Assembly (NCBI GenBank): GCA_025558095.1
Contig: JAIVFI010000005.1
Location: forward strand, 124,001-188,000
Reading direction: 5' to 3'
Length of the DNA stretch: 64,000 bases
Source: Hyaloraphidium curvatum SAG 235-1
Lineage: Eukaryota > Fungi > Monoblepharomycota
Below the pieces are notes generated by a model. It was given only the letters and a program-made list of their open reading frames with translations. It made no database searches and was not told the origin of the DNA. Of the stretch, positions 53,078-64,000 are shown piece by piece (within the stretch, counting starts at the first letter, position 1; the number at the start of each line of letters is the position of its first letter). The translations under genes were made by a program, and so were the position numbers.

Positions 53078-53418
53078 GAAAGGGGCGGGGCCGCAGCTGT
53101 GTCCGGTCGTCTTTGGAATGCACCGAAGTTGCCCATCCGGCGCATGTTCTGCTCGGCGGCACCCTGCAGACGCACTGTTTGCCGTTGGGATTCGCGTGCA
53201 CGGAGGAGACAAGGACGAATGGGGAGCACTGTCGAACAGGACCAGTTTTGTCCCCGCCGCGGCCAAGACACCGCATACGCTCGCACGAAACCCAGAAGCG
53301 AAAGCTATGATCGACTCGTCTCTAGCTAGCAAATACTTAGATACTCGTACATCGTGCGACATAGGGCGTCCTATCATCCCGTCTGGCACTTGCGCGACCG
53401 GTCTCCGCACCGAGCTCC

Positions 53419-54843
53419 TCAATACGCGTGCGGGTGCGGGGTTGCCCGGGCCTTTAGAGCCCTCCGGAACAGTCCGTCTGCCTCGCGCCGTGCATGGAGC
53501 TCCCGGCGGCCGATGCGGATCGTCGTCGTCTCCTGCGCGCGGACACAGCGGGGTTGGCGCCATGACAGGGCAGACGACGGACGCAACTCACCGTGGTAGA
53601 GACGTCGTAGGTCCCGTCGGGGTTCGTAGACGGCGGGGGCGTGCCCTCCGGGGTTGCTGTGAAGACCAACTTGCCCGACTGGCCGGGGATCGTGACGATG
53701 TACACCTCGCCCGGCGTCAGCTTTTCTTGGATGAGGATTGTGCATCGGCCTTCGTTGTTCGTTGTGCAGGTGCCGACGACTTGCTGGCGCGCGGCGAGGC
53801 GGAAGCCAGTGGCGGACGTCACGCTGACGAGTGTGTTGCGGAGGGGATAGTCGGCCGGGGGCTCGTACTTGCCGTTGTTGTTGGCATCTGTTCCGAAAGG
53901 TGCATGGGCAATGCCGGTGAGCTCGGGATGCACCCGCAAACTGCTAGGACCCACCGTAGAACGCAAACACGGGGATCGAGGCGGCGGCCGATTGCGTCAC
54001 GGTCCTGGTGACGGTCCTCGTTGCAGTTTTGACGGTGGTGGTCTTTGCCTTGGTGGTGGTCTTGGTGCGGGTGACGAACTTGGTCGAGCGCGGGCAGCAG
54101 CGCTTGGCGTTGCCGTTGTTGTTGGCGCCGAGGCGGGGGTTGACGCCGGTGGGGCAGGCCTGGCACAGGTTGCGGGCAAAGAGCTCGTGGCCCGGGACCT
54201 CGGAGAAGCCCTCCTCGACGCCCTCGGTGGCGGCGACCTCGGGCTCCACGGGTTCCGCCCGCTCCACCATCTCGACGTCGGCCTCGGGCGCGGCCTCCTC
54301 CTCGACGGCCTCGGGCACCTCGCGCTCAGCAATCTCCGGCGCCACATTGCGGTCCAGGAGGCGGCGGTTCAGGAAGGTGGTCGTCACGGTCTTCGTGACG
54401 GTTTTGGTCCGCTTGATGGTCTTGATGGCGGTCTTGGTCGTGTACTTCGTGTTGATGACCGTCTTGGCTCGCTTTGCGCTGTACGGGCATAGCACATAAG
54501 AATCGGCGGGGGCGGGAGGGGCAGGGCGGCCGGGGCACGCACCAGCAGCAGTATCCTTGGTTGGTGCCGGGGACACTGGCGGGCGGGTGGGCGGGCGAGC
54601 GGGCAGGGGCGGGTCAGCGGGGGCTGCCGCGACACCGGCACGCTGTGATTCGCACCACACGGGTCCCTTGACCCAGGAAACGGCGTTGTTGCTGTTGGGG
54701 GTGGCCTGCGCCGCGGCTGGGGCCGCGCTGGAGAGGGCCAGCACGGCCACCGCCGCCAGCAGCAGCAGCGCCGCCGGCAGGACCTGTGCGCGCGGGCCGC
54801 GTGAGCTATACGCGCGGGCGGGCGGCGGCTGCCGCACCTTCAT
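53419..54843 (-). CDS. Secreted Thr/Lys-rich Cys protein with a C-terminal Cna-B/SdrD-B-like segment, copy A (multi-exon)
   Basis: MK micro-exon; signal peptide; CCC micro-exon; LFARNLCQACP...RCC; DANNNGKY...GTCTTNNEGRCTI; GRREL...FRRALKARATP. Confidence 0.75.
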
Positions 54844-55100
54844 AGGGGGAGGGGAGTTCGTGGTAGTCACCAGGAGGTGATGAGTCCTCGTTGGCGCGGT
54901 CCAGACCCGCGTCCTGCGGCTGAGGTCCTCGTCCCCAAACTCAACTTTCGACCCCACTCACGCCTAAGAGGGCTATTTTTCAACGCGGATACTGCAAGGC
55001 AGCTCATCACTCTCTTCCGACCCCTCGGGCGCTCTTCCTGACCTCTTGGCGGATCGAGCAAAGATCTGATCCCTCCTTTTTTTTTTCGACCCCTCTTTAT

Positions 55101-56107
55101 TCAGAGAGCGCGGCGGGATTCGAAGACCAATGATGAGAACCGCGGCGAGCATGCTATGCAGGGTGTTGCTGTCTCCCACAACGAACAACGCATAATGAGG
55201 GGCGGCCATGGGCTCCCGTATGTCTTGGTGGATTGGGGACCGACCGGCCATCCCACTTCCAAATCCGTATAGCATCGCCGCAGCACGACCACAGCGTCCC
55301 TCACCGCGAGGACGGCAGCATCCGCAGTTAAGGTGCACACGGGCTCCCCTCGCCCCGTGAACGGATCTTCCGCTAAGTCAAAAGCTCGCCAGGTGTCTAC
55401 TCGATTGCGCTCGGTCCGAAGTAGCGGGTCGGGACCCAGGTCCCTGGCGATGCCGCCCAAGCCACCGCGGTGACATTCGAAAATTACGCCCCGGACGTCG
55501 CTGTGGGCATAGACCGAATACCGGATGACCACGAAAGTGTCACGCATTTCCCTTGTGAAAGCGGCTCTTGAACGGGGTACTACGAGCACAGCCCGTTGAA
55601 AAGCCCATAGACGGTCGGTCCCGCAGACGCAGAAGAAAGAGGTGGGCTCCTCAGACCGGGCTGATCGTCTTCCACCTGAGGGCCATGAGGACCAGAGACA
55701 AGGCGAAGGGCTCCGCGCGCGCTTTTTCGTTCCCCCCGGCCCATTGGCCCTTCCCACCGTCCCATTGACCCACTCAATGCGTTCCCATAGCAACCTACTT
55801 CCATCTCCCTATTTGCGGCTTTGTTCTGCGCTGTAATCGCTAGCATTACACGGCCCGGGGGTACGTCTGCGAAAATGCGCAGCCGGTGGGACCCGGCCGG
55901 GACATACCCGTAACCCAGGCATGTAGGGAGACGCCAGCCGGCAGCGCCGACGCCCGTGGAGGATCGAACCGAGTCCGCTCACCGTGCCGCCGCCGAGCCC
56001 GTGCCGCGTGCCGACCGTAATGGATGCTCACCTGGAAGAAGTCCGGAGGGCGGCCGTCAGGGTTAGAGTTGCCGGGGTGACCGTAGTAGCCGTTGTAGGG
56101 GTGCATG
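55101..56107 (-). CDS. Possible multi-exon hypothetical gene
   Basis: MHPYNGYYGHPG... exon with a GTGAGC donor and TTTTCGCAG acceptor; protein-like ORF 55101-55793; gene model unresolved. Confidence 0.25.
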
Positions 56108-56344
56108 AGGGCAGTGAACGTCAGAAATCGCAGCTGGCAATCAGATCTTGGCGGCACGCGGCAGCAAGGCGACGGCGGCGGCGGTGATGGGGTAGGTCTG
56201 CTGCTCCGCGTTTGCCACATCCACCGGAGCCGCGTCCCCCGCCAACAACTCTTTCCTCGCGAATCGCGTGCTTCCAAAAGGCTGCATACTTTCAGCTACT
56301 TCTTTGATCGCCTCAGTACCTCGCCTGCTGCCCACCGGACCCCG

Positions 56345-56719
56345 ATGGCCGCCGGGCTCACCGGCGTCGTCATCCCCGTCGTCTCGCCCCTCGCGGACCT
56401 CCCCCTCGGCCCCGATTTTTCCGCAGCCGACGCGCTCCCCCACCTCTTTGGCGAACTCGACGGCGACCCCGCGCCCCCCGCGGCGGACGTGGAGCTCCTC
56501 AAGTGCGGGGGCATGGCGGTCGCTTGCGGCCCCCTCTTTTCGACGATGCACCTCGTCGTGTTCCGCGCGGAGCACAGGGAGGGGATGAAGCGGAACGATC
56601 GCGCGTCCAGGCTCAGTGGGAAGGAGATCCGGGGGCCGGCGCTCTGCGTGAGGAAGGGGGACGGGTGGGCGAGCGCGTTCGCGCGGGACGTCGTCGCGTG
56701 CCTCTCCATCACGGGTTGA
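56345..56719 (+). CDS. Small hypothetical protein
   Basis: Codon-biased ORF MAAGLTGVVIPV...NDRASRLSGKEIRGPALCVR. Confidence 0.5.
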   Translation: MAAGLTGVVIPVVSPLADLPLGPDFSAADALPHLFGELDGDPAPPAADVELLKCGGMAVACGPLFSTMHLVVFRAEHREGMKRNDRASRLSGKEIRGPALCVRKGDGWASAFARDVVACLSITG

Positions 56720-57947
56720 CGGCGACGGAGCCGTGGAGCGGACGCGACGATGTTGGCGGCCGAAAGCCGGCGCCGGACAAGCTGGAGGCGCTCGCTTGAG
56801 CCCGGTCGGACCTGTTGGGCCGCGTGAACCTCTGGGAAGGGTCTGACGCCCAGATGGGGCCTCAAACAACATCCGAAACCCCGATCGGTCACCTCTGCCG
56901 ATGGACTGGCTCTGTCGTCTCCACATGGGACTTCTCCGGCCATCGATACGGTGGCGATTAGGCAGCAAAGGCCGGCCACGGCGGCGGCTCGAGATCAAAA
57001 TGAGCTTGGGCCCTGATCGCGTTTACGGCGATAGCCATGGAGTGGAGAACCGCCTCCGGGGTGAGATGCTGGCATCCGCGGCCGGTCATTCCTACGGAAG
57101 GGCCGAGACCATTGTGGCCGCACGAAGGGGACCGTTCAGGCCACGCGGATGACCTCCATCCGGCCACCGGTCTGTGCTCATCAGGCTTTGTGTCCTTTTG
57201 CCGGACGAGTGGACCCGATGGGCGAGCCTTCGAGAAGGCGAAAGCGCTACCCGCCGAGCGGCTTCGGAGCTTCACATGTCGCGAGCTGAAGTAGGGCAAG
57301 ATCGATAGATACTCGACAGCCGCGCCTCAACGCCCTTCTTTCCCTTCGCATTTCATTCCGTATTTGGTGTTATTGGGGAGAAGCTGCCGCCTTCTTCGGC
57401 GTTCCCCGGTGCCGAGCCGTGGCTGTGCACCGACCGGCCACTACCCGCGCCCCGCGGGCCCGTCCGGGCGGCGGAACCTTGGCACGCGGTCCGGGCAGAC
57501 ACCAATCGCAGTATCCGGAGGGTGGGAGAAGACCGGGCGCCGCGGAGGCAGGGGACGGCGCGGCCGAACGCGCACGGCCCGCCGGCACCGCCGCATCCTC
57601 CGCAACAACTGGATGCCGCAATGTTGTGCGCGCGCGAAAGCCCAGCTGACGCCGGCCATCGGCGCGGAAAGTTTCGATGCCAAGCACATCAGCAGCGATT
57701 CCGAGCATCTCCGCGGTCTGTTACTGATTATGGGCGTGGCCGCGGGCGGGGGCGGCCAATGGACCCTGCCGGGGGCTGGTTGTTACGGGGATATTTTGCG
57801 TGCAGCTGTGCGCGCCCCGGCCTGGTGGATCGTCGCCGGGTCCACGCCGCAAGCCCGGCACACAGCGCAGACGCTTCTGTGCCCGACAGCGCCCGCTGCG
57901 CGCTTGCCTGAACCCACGGAGACCGGGCCCGGGCAAATCCGCCCGCG

Positions 57948-59347
57948 ATGAAGGTGCGGGCGGCGCCGCGCGGCGGCCGCGGCCGCTAATCTGGCCCGCC
58001 GTTCCCACCAGACCGGCACCGCGCTGGCCCTCGGGGCCGTGGCCATCGTCCTGCTGCTTGCCACGGCCGCACCGGCCGCGGGACAGGGCCTTTCGCCCAA
58101 CAGCAACAACAACGGCTGGGTGAAAGCGCCCACCTGGTGAGCGCGGCATCGCGAAAGCCGCCATCTCCGTCTAATCTCGGCGTCGTCGCAGTGCCAAAGG
58201 CGTTAGCTATCCCCAGGGCTGCTGCTGGTACGCTGCGGACGCACGCCCGGTCCGCGATTGCCGCCTCTGACCGGCGCCCACCGCAGCGGCCGACCCAGGA
58301 ACATCATCCGCACAAAATACAAGACCAGGACAGCCATCAAGACCCTCAAGCGCACCAAGACGGTCACGAGGACTGTGACCAGCACCTCGTTCGTGCGCGC
58401 CGTGGCCCTCATGGCGCGCGATGTCGAGGCCGCGATGCCCGAGCTCGCCGAGCGCGCCCTGCCCGAGGCCCCCGAAGCCGAGGTTTCCGAGGCGGAGGTT
58501 GTCCAGGCCGACCCCAAGATCGTCGAGCGCTCGGTGCCCGAGGAGCCCGCGGCCGCCGAGCAGTCCCCCGCCGAAGCATCCGTGCACGCCCTCTTCGCCC
58601 GCAACCTGTGCCAGGCCTGCCCCAACGGCGTCAACCCCCGCATCGGCGCCAACAACAACGGTGGCAACGGCCGGCCGTGCTGCATCCGCTCCACTACGAA
58701 GTTCACCACGCGCACCAAGACCACCACCAGGCTGATCACCAAGACCGTCAAGACCGCGACCAAGACCGTCACGACGACGGTGACCTCGGTCGCTCCCGTG
58801 CGCATCCCCGTGCTCGCGTTCACCGGTGGGTGCCCCCGATGCGCATTAGCGGGCCGACCGGTCCTGATGCGCCGATCCGGCAGACGTCGACGGCAACCTG
58901 CAGTACAACAACCCGCCCGACACCCTGCTGCCCAACACCGTCGTCGTCCTGCAGCAAGGCGGCGCGCGCCGCCTTGAAGCCCGCCAGATCGACCTCGGCT
59001 CGTGCACCACCGGCGCCGACGGCACCTGCACCATCCTCCTGCCCGCTCCCCTGGCACCCAACACGGTTTACTCGATCCGGATCCCCGGACAGCCCGGCGT
59101 GACCGTCTTCACCACGGATGCCAACGGGTTCCCGCCGTCGCCGGTCTCCGGGTTCTTCCAAGTCGCATCCAACGTGGGTCGCCTCCACGCTTGCACCTCG
59201 CGCGGCATTGTTCTGACCCGCCTTCGTCCGCAGGCCCAGCTCACCGGCCGCCTGGGTCGCCGCGAGCTCATCGGCCGGCGCGATGCCGACGGCAAGTTCC
59301 GTCGGGCGCTCAAGGCCCGCGCGACCCCGGCGCCCGCCGCGTTTTGA
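57948..59347 (+). CDS. Secreted Thr/Lys-rich Cys protein, copy B (inverted relative to A)
   Basis: Same exon structure and motifs: LFARNLCQACPNGVNPRIGANNN, DVDGNLQY, GRRELIGRRDADGKFRRALKARATP. Confidence 0.75.
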
Positions 59348-59944
59348 TCCCGCGGCGGCAGCTTCGTTGGGATTCTGGGACCTCCATTTTATTGGCAACA
59401 TCGGCTGATGATCTGAAGTATGTAGTCTGCGTCGGAATCGGCCCTGTTTCGGAATAGAGAGTGTGTGAGGAAGTTGGCCCTCCCTGATCGTGCTGCGGCA
59501 TCCACGGGCTCCTGCACATGGATGGGCTCATCCACGTATGGATGGAATTTGAGGCGCATCGCACCGAAATGGGTGTGTCCCGGTAAAGCAAGCTAGTCAA
59601 GGATGAGCCTTGGCAGGAGGCCGCTCCCCGCGAGACTGTGGATGGTAGGGATGCAAATGCGGCGCTGGGCCTCGGCTGACGCTGGCATCTCCTTTATTTC
59701 CAAGTTGCGCACCAAAATGGGCCTGCATGGTCGGGCAAGTGGGCGTGAGCGGGTGGGCGGTGCTGTTGATGGGGTCTGACTGTTGATGGGGTCTGTCGGC
59801 GCTGCTCGCACGAGGGTCCTTCACACCTCGAATCCAAACACTCACATCCCGCGCCCGGTAGCCGCCGCGCGACCTCCGCTCCGCTCCGCGCTCCCGCCGC
59901 CCTTTCGGACTCTGCGCCGCCGCGACGCCATGGCCCGGAGCGCG

Positions 59945-61297
59945 ATGAAGGTGCCGCGCGCCCGCACGCCGCCCGCGGAGCATTGTTGACAGCGACCCGC
60001 GCAGGCCGCCGCGCTCGCCCTCGCCGCCGCGCTGGTATTGCTGGTGCTCGCCACGCCCGCCGACGCCCAGCGCTTGAACGACAAGACCGTCTGGCTCAAG
60101 GGCGCGACCTGGTGCGACGCGCGCCGCCGCGCGGTTTGTTTGCACCCCTCACACCTCCCCCGCGCGCAGCGCAAAGGGCGCGAGCTACCCCGGTGGCTGC
60201 TGCTGGTGAGTTGCCCGGCGTCGGTGGGGCCCGCGCCGGGGCTGACGGCCCGTCCAAACAGTGCCCGGCCCAAGACCACGCTCAGCACCAAGTTCACCAC
60301 CAAGACGACCACCAAGACCGTCAAGAGCACCAAGACCGTCACCAGCACGATTACGAGCACCACGCTGATCTTCACTGGCGTTCCCCGGCGCATGGAGCGG
60401 GACACCGTCCCCGAGCTGCTCGAGCGCGACTTGCCCGAGCCCGCCGTTGAGGACGTGGTCGCGGATGCCGACGAGGCCGTTGCCGAGCCCGAAATTTCCG
60501 AGCGCTCGCTGCCGGAGGAGCCCGAGTCGTTCGACGAGTTCTCGCCTGCGGAGGAGGGGCACAGCCTGTTTGCCCGCAACCTGTGCCAGGCATGCCCCAA
60601 GAACGTCGTCCCGCTCTCCTCGGGCAGCGGCAACACCAAGCGCTGCTGCGTCCTGACGAGCACCAAGTTCACCACCCGCACCAAGACCACCACCCGCGTC
60701 AAGACCTCCACGGTCAAGTCCACCAAGACCATCACGGTCACCTCCCCCGTGCCAGCGGCCGCCGTTGTTCCCGTCGAGGCTCTGTCGCAGACGACGCTCC
60801 GTGGGTCTGCTGAGCGGCGCACTGTGGAACATGCTCTAATCCGTGCTCGCCATGCACAGGTCTCGCCGAACGCGCGGGTACTCCGATCGCCGGCGCCGTG
60901 GTCGAGCTCCAGGGACCTGCCCCTGGCTTCGCGCCCATCAAGAGCTGCACGACCGAGGCCGACGGCAAGTGCACCATCCTCCTTCCCTTCCGCCTCGACG
61001 CCGGCGCCGTGTACCGCCTCGTGATCCTCTCGGGGGCGCCCTCGGCCGGCACCACGCTCTTCACCGCGACCCCGGCAGGCCAGCCCCCGGTCGGCCCCGG
61101 CGGTACCATCCCGGTCACCGTCACCGTGGGTTTCTTTCTTCGAACCGCCCCGCGCATTTCCTGACGCAGCGCCCCGCATGCAGGAGACCAACACGGTCGC
61201 CCTCGGCCGCCGCGAGCTCCTCGCGCGCCGCGAGGCCGACGGCGAGTTCCGCAGGGCGCTCAAGGCCCGCGCGACTCCTGGGCCTGCTGCTTTCTAG
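59945..61297 (+). CDS. Secreted Thr/Lys-rich Cys protein, copy C
   Basis: MK micro-exon; KGATC/AKGASYPGGCCC; LFARNLCQACP; SCTTEADGKCTI; GRRELLARREADGEFRRALKARATP. Confidence 0.75.
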
Positions 61298-61677
61298 GAG
61301 GCTTTCGCTCTGGGGCGCTGAGGGGGACAGAGGGGAGGGGATGGGGTTCACTGTAGCGCTGATCGAGCATACATCTCGTAGCATCCATCCGGCCCTGCTG
61401 CGCTAGGTCCCACTTCTATGCGTCCAGGCAAAAGCGATTGAGGACTACGATCCAACGTCTCGCACTTGGCCAGGCGAGCCTGCGGAGCTTCAAGCGCAAG
61501 CAACCTGCGGCCAAGTCCGGGCCAGCCGAGGAAATGTATGCGATGGCTTGTTTCCATGATTGTTGAAGAGCCGCGGGACGATCGGAGAGCAGCTAGAGGG
61601 GAGGACGGGCGTGCAGCCGGCAGCGCCATGCAGCACCCGTGTTCTACCCGACTCGCGCTAACGCTCCCCTGGCCGCG

Positions 61678-62252
61678 ATGCTGCGCCGCTTCCTCGGTTT
61701 CCCACCGCCTCCAAACTACCGGGGCCTGACGCCCGAGGACATACCGCGCCTGTTCCCCGTGGACGCGTTCCCGATCTTCGGCCGGCCCGCTCCCCCGCAA
61801 CCGGTCCCGGACGCGGACGACGACGACGATGACGACGACGGCCCGGACGAGCCTCCGCCGCCTCCCGGGCCGGTCGGAGGGGTCGTTGCCGGCGCCGGAT
61901 TGTCCCAGGCGCAGGGCGGAACCGCGAGCGGGCCGCCGGCCGGCTCCGTGACAATGAGCCCCTCGACCCCCGCGCCGAAACCGAGCACGGCGGACGTTAT
62001 CGTCATCTCCGGTGCGTGATTTCCGCGCCCGTCCGGACGGGGCATGTGCTGATCCCGCCCAAAGTCTTCTCCGCCCTCGCCCTCGCGCTGCTGCTCGTGC
62101 TGCTCGCGCTGCTGGTCCGCTTCTGCATCCGGCGGAGGCGCGTGGGAACGAGGATGGAGAAATCGGGTTCGATCGCGGGGTTAGTGCCCGAGGTGGCCGA
62201 GAAGGGCAAGCTGGACGGGGAGAACGTCTTCCTGAACGTTGCTGAGGAGTGA
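61678..62252 (+). CDS. Single-pass membrane protein with a Pro/Asp-rich N-terminal region; intron about 62012-62064
   Basis: VIVIS/VFSALALALLLVLLALLVRFCIRRRR (TM plus stop-transfer); start uncertain. Confidence 0.5.
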
Positions 62253-62889
62253 AGATCGGAAAACTCGTCGGTGCGGGGCGGCGGAGCTGCCTGTGGGACA
62301 CGCTATGCCTTCGAGGCTGGGGCCACAGGACGCTTTCCTCGCCTGGCGTGTGGTGGCATCGCTTGATGGAGTTGGCGGCGCTCGGGGTGGGGACAACTGG
62401 TTGGCTTAATCAGGGTCAATCGTGGAGCACTCAGCTGACCTTTCTGGCAACAGGCACATCTGGCAGCATGGCATGCTTTATGTTCGTGAGCTTCGGCAGG
62501 GTCGGGGAGAGAGGAGAAAGGAAAGGGAGGAGCGAGTGTACTTGGTCTACCGAGCAATTGCGATCTTGGATTCTGCTGCTACTGGCTTATAGCACCACTG
62601 CCATAACTGTGTTACAGTGTCTACAGTATCGAACGCCAATGCCTGAAGGCTTCGGGTTTCCTGGGTGCCGGTCCCGCGGGATCATCGAGAATCCTCGTCG
62701 TGCTTATACTGCATCGAAAAAAACAGGCTGGGAACAGAAGTTGGCATAATCTACTTTCCAGTTTTGTAGCGCCTTGCTCCGAGTCGGTGAGCATGGAGTC
62801 ATCTCATCGCGAAGGGGGAAAGTCGGCTGAACTCCCAAAAGGTGGCGTCGAAGGGCGACTTGCCATTGCGTTTCCGCCTCGCCGCGACC

Positions 62890-64000
62890 ATGGCACAACA
62901 GCGCCTGGTGTCAGACATCGCGTACTACGTCACGACGCCGCTGACGATCCTGGCGGCGGACGCGCGGGCCGCGGCGCTGCACGCTGTTCCTGCGCTCGGC
63001 AGAGTGCTCCCCACCGATGGCGCCGAGTCGCACCCGGGATGGCCGCTCGAGTACGCCCGAGCCGTTGCGGTCAGCCGCAATCTTCTCTGTATAGACCGAC
63101 ACCGACATAGCGTCGAACGGATCCGCCGAATCGAAGCAGCGCGCGACCGTTTCATCGCCTCTGTCGACGCCGCCAAGCACAGGACACCGGCGACGAAAGC
63201 GCACCAATGGACCCTGGCCGTGGACAGGCGGAAGCTGGACTCGCTGGAGAGGTTGCACAGCGGCTCCATCCCCGACTGGGCGGGCGTTTTGGGCGCTCCT
63301 GGGGAGCTGACGTGGCGTGTGCCCGAGGAGATTGAGGAACCGACTGCAGAGCATGCTCCCAGGCTTCCGGGCCGGAAACCTTCGGAGGAGATCATTCGGG
63401 TCGCGTGCGAGTACGTGCCGGCGCCATCAGATCCTTCCGAAGAGCCGGGAGCGAAAGCGCCGAAGCTCATTGTGCTGCTTCCCGGTGGCGGACTTGCCTT
63501 TGGGTCCGCGACGGGCGTACGGCCCTTTGCGCGGCGCTTGGCAGCTTTGCACCGCGCGCCAGTACTTTCGCTGACTTATCGGAAGCCGCCGGAGTACCCA
63601 TTCCCGGCCGGCGTGCGAGATTCGGCCTGCCTCCTCGGCTTCCTCACCGGTTCGCTTCCAACAGAGCTTTTCGATTCGTCGACTACGATCCCCCTCCAAA
63701 GGGCGTTCAAGCCGGAAGAGGTGCTGCTCGTCGGCAACAGCGCAGGCGGCGGTGTTTTGCTCTCGTCGCTGCTCTACCTCCGGCGATTCCTCCCCACGCC
63801 TGCCGACTCGACCTCCTTCCTCGGCTCGGTTCTCATTTCACCGTGGCTGGATTTGCGTTGCACTGGCCCGTCTTGGGAACTGAACGGGGCCAAAGACATC
63901 CTCCCGCCTTTCCTTCGCAACGGAGTTGATGGCCGAATCTACGGCTCGTCGCGTAACCCGGTCGGCGGCTACCTCGAAGGTCACGGTGGGGCCAGGACCG
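62890..64000 (+). CDS. Hormone-sensitive-lipase-family (GDXG) alpha/beta hydrolase; runs off the window end
   Basis: Frame open from ATG 62890 to the end: LLPGGG, YRKPPEYPFPAGVRD, VGNSAGG, LISPWLDL. Confidence 0.85.
   Translation, partial: MAQQRLVSDIAYYVTTPLTILAADARAAALHAVPALGRVLPTDGAESHPGWPLEYARAVAVSRNLLCIDRHRHSVERIRRIEAARDRFIASVDAAKHRTPATKAHQWTLAVDRRKLDSLERLHSGSIPDWAGVLGAPGELTWRVPEEIEEPTAEHAPRLPGRKPSEEIIRVACEYVPAPSDPSEEPGAKAPKLIVLLPGGGLAFGSATGVRPFARRLAALHRAPVLSLTYRKPPEYPFPAGVRDSACLLGFLTGSLPTELFDSSTTIPLQRAFKPEEVLLVGNSAGGGVLLSSLLYLRRFLPTPADSTSFLGSVLISPWLDLRCTGPSWELNGAKDILPPFLRNGVDGRIYGSSRNPVGGYLEGHGGART

Noticed and set aside
55950-55985. tRNA-like GGTTCGA T-loop (minus strand; also plus strand near 36247)
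   Set aside because: The flanks do not form a T-stem or cloverleaf
1-64000. Bacterial origin of the whole window
   Set aside because: Consistent spliceosomal introns, F-box/MYND/GT31 genes, and no operon or Shine-Dalgarno organisation

Overview
This is GC-rich eukaryotic genomic DNA. Many genes carry short (about 50-135 nt) GT-AG introns with GTGGGT/GTGCGT/GTACGT donors and CTGAC/CTAAC-like branch sites. A zoosporic/early-diverging fungus is my inference; I cannot confirm the taxon. About 30 genes or gene remnants are visible, and I found no rRNA, tRNA or CRISPR array. Three themes stand out. (1) Several bacterial-type enzymes: a complete two-domain ArsA arsenite ATPase with a presequence-like N-terminal extension and no ars partner genes, a secreted vanadium-haloperoxidase-family protein, an M12 reprolysin-like protease, an M17 aminopeptidase, a class I SAM methyltransferase, an amidohydrolase and a DUF4345-like protein. 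Several contain introns. (2) Four unrelated gene families each occur as divergent (minus then plus) inverted paralog pairs, with further tandem copies and pseudogenes. (3) Expanded secreted Cys-rich or surface proteins: a mosaic GPI-type family, a Thr/Lys-rich CCC family, a knottin-like polyprotein and an apparently catalytically dead group XII PLA2. A non-coding 19-21 bp phased GGTCTAC array lies upstream of a TATA box near 10 kb. All family calls come from motif recognition, not database searches.
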